35,393 bases of DNA, from contig JBIOIY010000034.1 in assembly GCA_044450345.1 (NCBI GenBank), forward strand, positions 1-35,393, read 5' to 3'. The notes below the pieces were generated by a model. That model worked only from the letters and a program-made list of their open reading frames with translations. It was not told the DNA's origin and made no database searches. Position 1 is the first letter of the stretch. Every line of letters begins with the position of its first letter. Below are positions 29,199 to 35,393 of this stretch, piece after piece. The translations under genes were made by a program, and so were the position numbers. Source of the DNA: Thermodesulfovibrionales bacterium (GTDB lineage: Bacteria > Nitrospirota > Thermodesulfovibrionia > Thermodesulfovibrionales > UBA6898).

Positions 29199-30620
29199 AT
29201 GCGGCTTCTCATGACCCTTGTGTTATTGCTGCTGTTGCCGGTCCACGCGTTTTCGGAAGATAAGGGAAAGATACTCTACGACAAGTGGTGCGCCCAGTGC
29301 CACGGCGAAAAAGGGGACGGCAAAGGCCCGGCTGCGGACTTCGTATTCCCGAAGCCGAGGGATTTTACGAAGGGCACGTACAAATTCCACTCGACCGCAT
29401 CCGGTGAACCGGTCCTGGATTCGGACATCATCCGGTCGATAAGAAACGGAAACCCCGGCACCTCGATGCCGCCCTGGACGCGGTTCAGCGACGATGACGT
29501 GAAAGCGATTGTCGCTTATCTGAAGAAGTTTTCACCCGATACCTTTGAGACGAAGGGCACCCCCTTAAAGATAGGCAAACCGCCGGGCAGTAAAGAGAAA
29601 CTGATAGCGCTCGGGAAAGAGATGTATGAAAAAGCGAAGTGCTGGGAATGTCACGGCAAGGCGGGAAGGGGCGACGGCGAGAAGGGATGGCAGGAAAAAT
29701 TCAAGGACGATTGGGGCAACAGGGCTTATCCGGCCGACCAGACCACCCCCTGGGAGTACAGAAACGGCAGTGACTTAAAGGACCTCTTTGTGACGATTAC
29801 CGCGGGCATCGACGGCACGCCGATGACCTCTTACGGGGACACGGTTTCCGAGGAGAAGAGATGGGCCCTCGCATATTATGTGAAGTCGCAGCAGCAGATA
29901 AGAAAACTCGGTCTTGCGTTGCGGGTGAAAAAAGTGACCGCTATCCCTTCTTCGACGGATGATCCGGCCTGGAACACTGTCGACTACCTCGATCTTCCGA
30001 TGGCCGGCCAGATAATCTTCGACCCCCGGGATTTCACGGCGCTCATTACAAATGCGCGAGTCAGAGGGGTATACACCGGTTCGGACCTGGCGGTTATGGT
30101 CGAATGGACAGGCAAAAAACCGAACAAGGGCGACGACGGGCATCCTCCCGATGCTGCTCGGATACAGTTCCCCTCAAAATCTTCGGAAGGCGCGGAGCCA
30201 TTTTTCCTGATGGGTGACAAGAAGCTGGCGGTCAACATATGGCAGTGGAAGGCGTCTGATGACCTCGCTGTCGAATTCAACGCACAGGGACCATCGGCCG
30301 TTACGCAGCAGGAAAAACAGGATTTACAAGTCGTTCCGTCCTATAGAGAGGGTCTGTACAGGATCATGTTCAAAAGGGCCTTGCAGACAGGGGACAAGGA
30401 CGATGCCGCTTTCGAGGTCGGAAAGTTCACACCCTTTGCAGTAACTCTCTATGACGGAAGAAATGACGAGGAGAACAACAAAGGAGCGGTATCGGCATGG
30501 TACTTCATGGAACTGGAGCCGCCTACACCCGTTAAGGTGTATGTGTTGCCGCCAATAGCGTTCATCGCTTTCCTCGGTATCGGTCTCGTCCTTCGTAAGA
30601 GCGTAAAGAGGAAAGGATGA
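29199..30620 (+). CDS. Diheme cytochrome c fused to an EbdC/DMSO-reductase-type heme b domain, C-terminal TM (NxrC-like)
   Basis: Signal peptide; CAQCH...PGTSMP and CWECH...DGTPM; DPAW, DAARIQFP, FLMGD, VNIWQWKA, YDGRNDE...NKG; C-terminal hydrophobic helix. Start reset to MRLLMTL. Confidence 0.87.
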   Translation: MRLLMTLVLLLLLPVHAFSEDKGKILYDKWCAQCHGEKGDGKGPAADFVFPKPRDFTKGTYKFHSTASGEPVLDSDIIRSIRNGNPGTSMPPWTRFSDDDVKAIVAYLKKFSPDTFETKGTPLKIGKPPGSKEKLIALGKEMYEKAKCWECHGKAGRGDGEKGWQEKFKDDWGNRAYPADQTTPWEYRNGSDLKDLFVTITAGIDGTPMTSYGDTVSEEKRWALAYYVKSQQQIRKLGLALRVKKVTAIPSSTDDPAWNTVDYLDLPMAGQIIFDPRDFTALITNARVRGVYTGSDLAVMVEWTGKKPNKGDDGHPPDAARIQFPSKSSEGAEPFFLMGDKKLAVNIWQWKASDDLAVEFNAQGPSAVTQQEKQDLQVVPSYREGLYRIMFKRALQTGDKDDAAFEVGKFTPFAVTLYDGRNDEENNKGAVSAWYFMELEPPTPVKVYVLPPIAFIAFLGIGLVLRKSVKRKG

Positions 30621-30630
30621 TTTTGAATCA

Positions 30631-31632
30631 ATGAATATGTACAAGAAGATATTGGTCCCGGTAGACAACTCGAAATATTCACAGTACTGTACGGACTTGG
30701 GAATCACACTTGCCGGACGGTTCGGCAGCGATCTCACAGGCAGCCACGTATACAGCGCCGGGCTGCACGACAAGAGGTTCAGGGACATGGAGGTCGGCCT
30801 GCCAGGACACTACAAGGAGGAAGAGAGGCTGAGGAGATCGAGGAAGGTCCATGATTCTCTCATAGGGGACGGGCTCCGGCTGATTTCCGACGCCTATCTC
30901 GACTCTTTTAAGCGCGGATGCACGGAAGCGGGAATACAGTTCAGCTGCAAGCTCATGGAGGGTAAAAACTGGCTTGAGATCCTGCGGGACGTCAGAAGCA
31001 GCGGCTACGACCTGGTGATCATGGGCGTCCTCGGGCTCGGCGCGGTAAACGGAAATCTCATCGGCGGCGTATGCGAACGAGTGGCAAGAAAGGCAAGAAC
31101 GGACGTACTTGCGGTAAAAAACGGCAGTCCCCTTGGTAAGAGGATCGTTGTTGGGATCGACGGAAGCGCGGAGGGTTTCTCGGCCTTCGGAAAGGCCGTG
31201 ATATTAGGCAAGCTCTTTGACCTGAAGGTGGAGGCGGTCTCGGTCTATGACCCTCATTTTCACCGGAGGGCATTTCAGGCCCTTGTCGGGGTCCTCTCCG
31301 GCGAGGCCGGGAAGATGTTTAAGTTCACGGAGCAGGAGAAGCTCCACGATGAAATCATAGACGACGGCCTCGGTAAGATATACCAGGGCCATCTGGACCG
31401 GGCCTATCTTGCCGGCCGCAAGGAGGGGATGGAGGTGAAAACCGTCCTTCTCGCCGGAAAGGCATACTCCGAGATATGCAGATATCTCGAAAAAGACCCG
31501 CCGTCCCTCCTCGTGGTGAGCAGGTTTGGGGCACACCAGACCGAGGAAATGGACATCGGCAATACTGCGGAAAATCTCCTCCGGCTCGCACCGTGCAGCG
31601 TCCTTCTGAGCTGCGGGGCCGGGACGGATTAG
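30631..31632 (+). CDS. Tandem-domain universal stress protein
   Basis: YKKILVPVDNS, DLVIMGVLGLG..IGGVCERV; second domain IVVGIDGS...IGNTAENLLRLAPCSVL. Confidence 0.92.
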   Translation: MNMYKKILVPVDNSKYSQYCTDLGITLAGRFGSDLTGSHVYSAGLHDKRFRDMEVGLPGHYKEEERLRRSRKVHDSLIGDGLRLISDAYLDSFKRGCTEAGIQFSCKLMEGKNWLEILRDVRSSGYDLVIMGVLGLGAVNGNLIGGVCERVARKARTDVLAVKNGSPLGKRIVVGIDGSAEGFSAFGKAVILGKLFDLKVEAVSVYDPHFHRRAFQALVGVLSGEAGKMFKFTEQEKLHDEIIDDGLGKIYQGHLDRAYLAGRKEGMEVKTVLLAGKAYSEICRYLEKDPPSLLVVSRFGAHQTEEMDIGNTAENLLRLAPCSVLLSCGAGTD

Positions 31633-31638
31633 TCTTCC

Positions 31639-32913
31639 ATGGAAGATACGCTCTCAATTATTTCCTGGAATGTGACCGGAAAATGCAACCTCAGCTGCAG
31701 ACACTGCTATCTCCCGGCCCACATGGACGGAGGCGGCCGCGATCATCATGAATTACATACCAAAGAGGCCCTCCGGGTCATCGATCAGATCGCCCTCGTA
31801 AATCCTGAGGTGATGCTGATACTCTCAGGCGGTGAGCCGCTCCTGAGAGATGACATCTTCGATCTGGCGGCGCATGCATCGGGCAAGGGGATGATGGTCG
31901 TTCTGGGCTCAAACGGACTCCTTATCGATAAAAGGGTCGCCTCATCGCTGCTCCGCTGCGGCGTTACCGGCATAAGTATAAGCCTCGATTCGGTCGATCC
32001 GAAAATTCATGATGAAGTGCGATCTTTTGACGGGGCATGGCAACGCGCTGTCGGGGCCGTCTCCGCATGCCGGGGCGAGGGGCTCCCTGTACAGATCAAT
32101 GCTGTTGTCACACGAAAGAACTACCGGACAATACCCGAACTTATCGAATATGCTCACGCGCTCGGCGCAAAAGTCTTCAGCCCCTTTTTCCTTGTATGTA
32201 CAGGCAAGGGCGAGGAGCTGACCGACATTACACCCGAGCAATACGAAGAGGTCCTTTCACGCGTCGCCGAAGCGCAGGGGAAATACGGCGACATGATGAT
32301 TAGAACGAGATGCGCGCCCACATTCAGAAGAATGCTCTATCAGCGTAATCCCGATTCGCCGCTTCTGAAGATGGATACAGGCCGATGTCTTGCCGGCCGG
32401 CGCTACTGCAGGATCACCCCTCAAGGGGATGTGACCCCCTGTCCCTATATGCCACTGTCGCTGGGGAATGTAAAGGAGACGGATTTCAATGACATCTGGA
32501 GGCGCTCCGAGGTCCTCATTTCGCTGAGAAGCCCGCAGCTGAAAGGCAAATGTAAGCTCTGTGAATTCCGTCTGCTATGCGGGGGCTGCAGGGCTAGGGC
32601 ATATGCGCTTAGAAATGATTATCTTGAAGAAGACCCCTGGTGTGCATTTATGCCGGGCGGCGGAGACGTCATTAGACCTCCTTCCTTTGTTTCTGCATCA
32701 TGCTGCAAAGCATCTCCAGGGCCGATGCCTTTATGGACCGAAGCGGCCGAGGAACGCCTAAAGAGGGTCCCTTTTTTTGTCCGGTCCATGGTCAGAGCGG
32801 CTGCTGAAAAATATGCCGTGGAGAAAGGCTGTGAGGAAATTACTCCGGAGATGATGGAGGAGTTGAAACAAAAAGCAGGGATGGGAGGAATGGGCGGACA
32901 TGGACATGGATAG
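31639..32913 (+). CDS. Radical SAM/SPASM enzyme, NirJ/AhbC/AhbD-like, with a C-terminal BchB-type PCP_red domain
   Basis: WNVTGKCNLSCRHCY, SGGEPL, SPASM C..G...C..PCPY...KCKLC...CGGCRARAY...DPWC; WTEAAEERLKRVPFFVR; tail MGGMGGHGHG. Confidence 0.88.
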   Translation: MEDTLSIISWNVTGKCNLSCRHCYLPAHMDGGGRDHHELHTKEALRVIDQIALVNPEVMLILSGGEPLLRDDIFDLAAHASGKGMMVVLGSNGLLIDKRVASSLLRCGVTGISISLDSVDPKIHDEVRSFDGAWQRAVGAVSACRGEGLPVQINAVVTRKNYRTIPELIEYAHALGAKVFSPFFLVCTGKGEELTDITPEQYEEVLSRVAEAQGKYGDMMIRTRCAPTFRRMLYQRNPDSPLLKMDTGRCLAGRRYCRITPQGDVTPCPYMPLSLGNVKETDFNDIWRRSEVLISLRSPQLKGKCKLCEFRLLCGGCRARAYALRNDYLEEDPWCAFMPGGGDVIRPPSFVSASCCKASPGPMPLWTEAAEERLKRVPFFVRSMVRAAAEKYAVEKGCEEITPEMMEELKQKAGMGGMGGHGHG

Positions 32914-33160
32914 GGAATTAACGGAAAAGGAAAAAAAATTCTTAAGCGGGGCGGCAAAGCGCAAGAGCCTTTTTTTAATATCCAGCGTTGCTACGGTCGT
33001 TGTTGCCGTGGCATTCCTCGTGTATCACGGGCTTGTCACAAAAGATATGAACGGGTCCAGGTTCGTCATCATCCTACTGCTGCTGCTCTCGGGCCGTTCA
33101 TATTTGAGACTCTATAAGAGCGCCGTCATATTCAGCAAACTTAAGAACACGGACGGTTAA
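32906..33160 (+). CDS. Small 2-TM membrane protein
   Basis: Two hydrophobic helices; overlaps the upstream stop; start at 32900 or 32906. Confidence 0.7.
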   Translation: MDRELTEKEKKFLSGAAKRKSLFLISSVATVVVAVAFLVYHGLVTKDMNGSRFVIILLLLLSGRSYLRLYKSAVIFSKLKNTDG

Positions 33161-33164
33161 GGAA

Positions 33165-33845
33165 ATGGAAACGAGACTGACATCGGGAAGACTCCCTGTG
33201 GCGTGCCTCGACTGGCTTGCTTCATCGAGACTCAAATTTTTGGAGGACATGGTCGGGGGAAGACCGATGCGGTATTTTTCCGCCCATCTGCCGGTGATGG
33301 CAACATGGCGGCAGGACGAAGATGAGACGTTCCCCGTCAATATGACCGTGAAAGGGATAGGTCTTATTCCGAGGACGGACCTCCTTATGGATTATATCGA
33401 TATCTTTGAAGGGATGATTGCGGAGGTCAGGTCGGTGCCGTGGGAGGAGAGTCTCGGAAAGAGGGTCGGTGTTATGTCAAGGCTTTATACCGATACTAAT
33501 AACTTCGAGCCAGCCATGCTCGGCGGCCTCGAGATATTCCAGGGTAAAGCGCATGAAAACATGAGAGAAAACCCCCATGCAAGCCTGCTTTATGTGGGGA
33601 TGGCATACGGCCCGGAAGGCATGCAGTACATAAGTTTTCAGGTCAACGGGACCGTCGAGATCCTCGAAAAAGACAGTCCCCATTACAGATTCCTTCTTGC
33701 CTCAAGAAAGCTCTTTGAGTTCGATAGATTTCATCTCTTTCAGCCCGACTATCCGTTCGGATATCTCCTGCGAGTGAGTGAAGTAAGGGATAAATCTCCG
33801 TGGTCAAGGGCGGCGAAGAGCTCTCAACCAGGAGAGCAACAGTAA
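33165..33845 (+). CDS. Pyridoxamine-5'-phosphate-oxidase-like split-barrel protein
   Basis: HLPVMAT, NMTVKGIG, GLEIF..KAHENMRENPHASLLY, SFQVNGTVEI. Confidence 0.65.
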   Translation: METRLTSGRLPVACLDWLASSRLKFLEDMVGGRPMRYFSAHLPVMATWRQDEDETFPVNMTVKGIGLIPRTDLLMDYIDIFEGMIAEVRSVPWEESLGKRVGVMSRLYTDTNNFEPAMLGGLEIFQGKAHENMRENPHASLLYVGMAYGPEGMQYISFQVNGTVEILEKDSPHYRFLLASRKLFEFDRFHLFQPDYPFGYLLRVSEVRDKSPWSRAAKSSQPGEQQ

Positions 33846-33956
33846 AAACTTCGCTCATGATCCCCGCAACGACTTGAATGCAGATATCTGAGCGCTATAA
33901 TGAAATCATTACGGCATTATGATAAAGAAAATATCGGGGATGTGAAAGGGGTTTCA

Positions 33957-35141
33957 ATGAAGACAATGACGAGCATATTAGTTCAAACCGCCGGGATTCT
34001 TCTCTTGCTGATTTCCTTCGTCTCTGCCCAGGGCCTTCCCGAGGAGCCTACACGAGGGGGGCGATTGTTTGTTGCCAAAGGATGCGCAAAGTGCCATGCC
34101 TTTAAGGGAACAGGAAGCAGTATAGGTCCTGATCTAAGCAAGATAGATTTAGGCGATACACAACTAGACCTGGCGGCGCAGATTTGGAACCACACCCCTG
34201 CAATGATTACGGAGATGGAGCAGTCAGGAATCACAGGGGCTGTCCTGACCGGTCAGGAATTTATTGAAATTACTTCTTATCTTTATTTTCTCAGTTTTTT
34301 TGACGAGCCTGGAGATCCTTTGACGGGGGAAAATGTATTCGAGCAGAAGGGATGCTCGTCATGCCACGCCTCATCAGTCGGGAAAAAAGGATCGGGGCCT
34401 GAGTTGCATTCCTTTCCGCGCAATCTGTCGCCCGTCTTCTTAGGCGAGGCGATCTGGAACCATAGTATACCTATGATCGCACTTATGGCCCAAATAGGAA
34501 TGAAATGGCCCAATTTCGAAGGCTCAGAAATGATGGACATATTAGAATATATAAAGACGCAGGCAAAGGGACCAGCAGGGCCTGCTTTCTTCAGAGCGGG
34601 TAATCCTAAAAAGGGCCGGGTTGTCTACGATAGCAGGAAATGTAACGAATGTCACTCAATTTATGGCGAAGGAGCAAAGGGAGGCATCGATCTGGCAACG
34701 AGGGCCAGGAAGTTCTATACAAGTCTAACCCGGATCGTTTCGAGCATGTGGAACAAAGGGCCTGTCGTCATAGTGAGGATGGCACAGACACAGTGCTGCG
34801 GTCCTAAATTCACATCTGGCGAGATGGCGGACCTGCTTGCCTATCTTTATTTCCTGCATTACCTTGACGAGCCTGGGGACGCGGTGAACGGGAAAAGACT
34901 ATTTTCTGACTTGGCCTGTGCGGGGTGTCACACTAAAGGGGGGCAAAAAAACGCGCCATTGCAATATATCGATCTCTCCAAATATCAAAACGCGGCCAAC
35001 ACTGAAATCGTAGCTGGTATCTGGAACCACACCATTCCGATGAGAAAGGCTGTGGCTAAGAAGGGCATTCCCTGGCCTAAACTAAGAAAAGGAGAGATGG
35101 CCGACCTTCTCGAATTTATTCGCAATCCTCAGGAGATCTAA
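33957..35141 (+). CDS. Periplasmic tetraheme cytochrome c made of four class-I-like repeats
   Basis: Signal peptide; CAKCH, CSSCH, CNECH, CAGCH, each followed by a WN(H/K) motif and a helix; start at MKTMT inferred. Confidence 0.88.
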   Translation: MKTMTSILVQTAGILLLLISFVSAQGLPEEPTRGGRLFVAKGCAKCHAFKGTGSSIGPDLSKIDLGDTQLDLAAQIWNHTPAMITEMEQSGITGAVLTGQEFIEITSYLYFLSFFDEPGDPLTGENVFEQKGCSSCHASSVGKKGSGPELHSFPRNLSPVFLGEAIWNHSIPMIALMAQIGMKWPNFEGSEMMDILEYIKTQAKGPAGPAFFRAGNPKKGRVVYDSRKCNECHSIYGEGAKGGIDLATRARKFYTSLTRIVSSMWNKGPVVIVRMAQTQCCGPKFTSGEMADLLAYLYFLHYLDEPGDAVNGKRLFSDLACAGCHTKGGQKNAPLQYIDLSKYQNAANTEIVAGIWNHTIPMRKAVAKKGIPWPKLRKGEMADLLEFIRNPQEI

Positions 35142-35255
35142 AAGCAGCTTAATAACGAGCTTTATGTCGGAGTCACACTGAAGACTAGTGCCCTTAAGTG
35201 TAAAAGTCAGGACTCCACCAGCCAGACAGTGTACGATTGCAAATTAATTTTATTT

Positions 35256-35332
35256 GAACACCAACGCGGCGCCGCATTCTCCATCCTTGGCGGTACGCCA
35301 GGGTGGAGTTAGGCGCCGTAGTTTTGCTGTTC
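35256..35332. other. Long imperfect hairpin (structured RNA, REP-like element or element end)
   Basis: Nested pairings GAACA/TGTTC, AAC/GTT, GCGGCGCC/GGCGCCGT, CTCCATCC/GGGTGGAG and TGGCG-GTA-CGCCA. Confidence 0.55.
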
Positions 35333-35393
35333 GATATATTGCTTTAGGACAGAAAGCGGAGCGCCGCCCGCGGATATAAGACAGTAGGACCGA

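Noticed and set aside
20898..30620. Evidence for nitrification or anammox (HAO plus NxrC-like genes)
   Set aside because: The HAO looks reductive-type, and no amo, hzs or nxrAB genes are in the window.
35256..35320. Integron attC site (GTTAGGC at 35308-35314)
   Set aside because: No matching RYYYAAC on the other arm, and no integrase or cassette array.
1..35393. CRISPR arrays, tRNA/rRNA genes, prophage or defence systems
   Set aside because: No repeat-spacer periodicity, RNA gene signatures or such proteins seen by eye.

Overview
Bacterial chromosomal window, probably from an anaerobic or microaerophilic diderm. Nitrospirota/Thermodesulfovibrionia-like is my inference from gene content, not a database result. 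(1) 1-6.4 kb: a possible IS110-type non-coding end, housekeeping genes (tsaC/sua5, RRM protein, purE, purD), two decayed genes the ORF track misses (DUF89 phosphatase, radC) and an orphan gspG. (2) 6.5-18.5 kb: a sigma54-controlled propionate island, with a PAS-PAS-AAA+ activator, a readable enhancer/IHF/-24-12 promoter, prpBCDE and sdhCAB. (3) 18.5-20.7 kb: DUF3187, YceH and DoxX genes. (4) 20.9-35.1 kb: a redox island with 25 CxxCH motifs. It starts with an epsilon-HAO-like octaheme and a lipoprotein octaheme. A co-directional operon follows: two tandem cupredoxins (Gln vs Met axial ligand), a Cyc2-type cytochrome-porin fusion, a CydA-like bd-like oxidase with no CydB, two monoheme cytochromes c, a diheme-c/EbdC-type heme-b protein, a USP, a NirJ/Ahb-like radical SAM enzyme, a split-barrel protein and a tetraheme. 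The best candidate for an undescribed system is this operon, read as an outer-membrane-to-inner-membrane electron conduit. It may couple Fe(II)/Mn(II)/mineral oxidation to O2 or NO/nitrite reduction. All family assignments come from motif recognition by eye; no searches were run.
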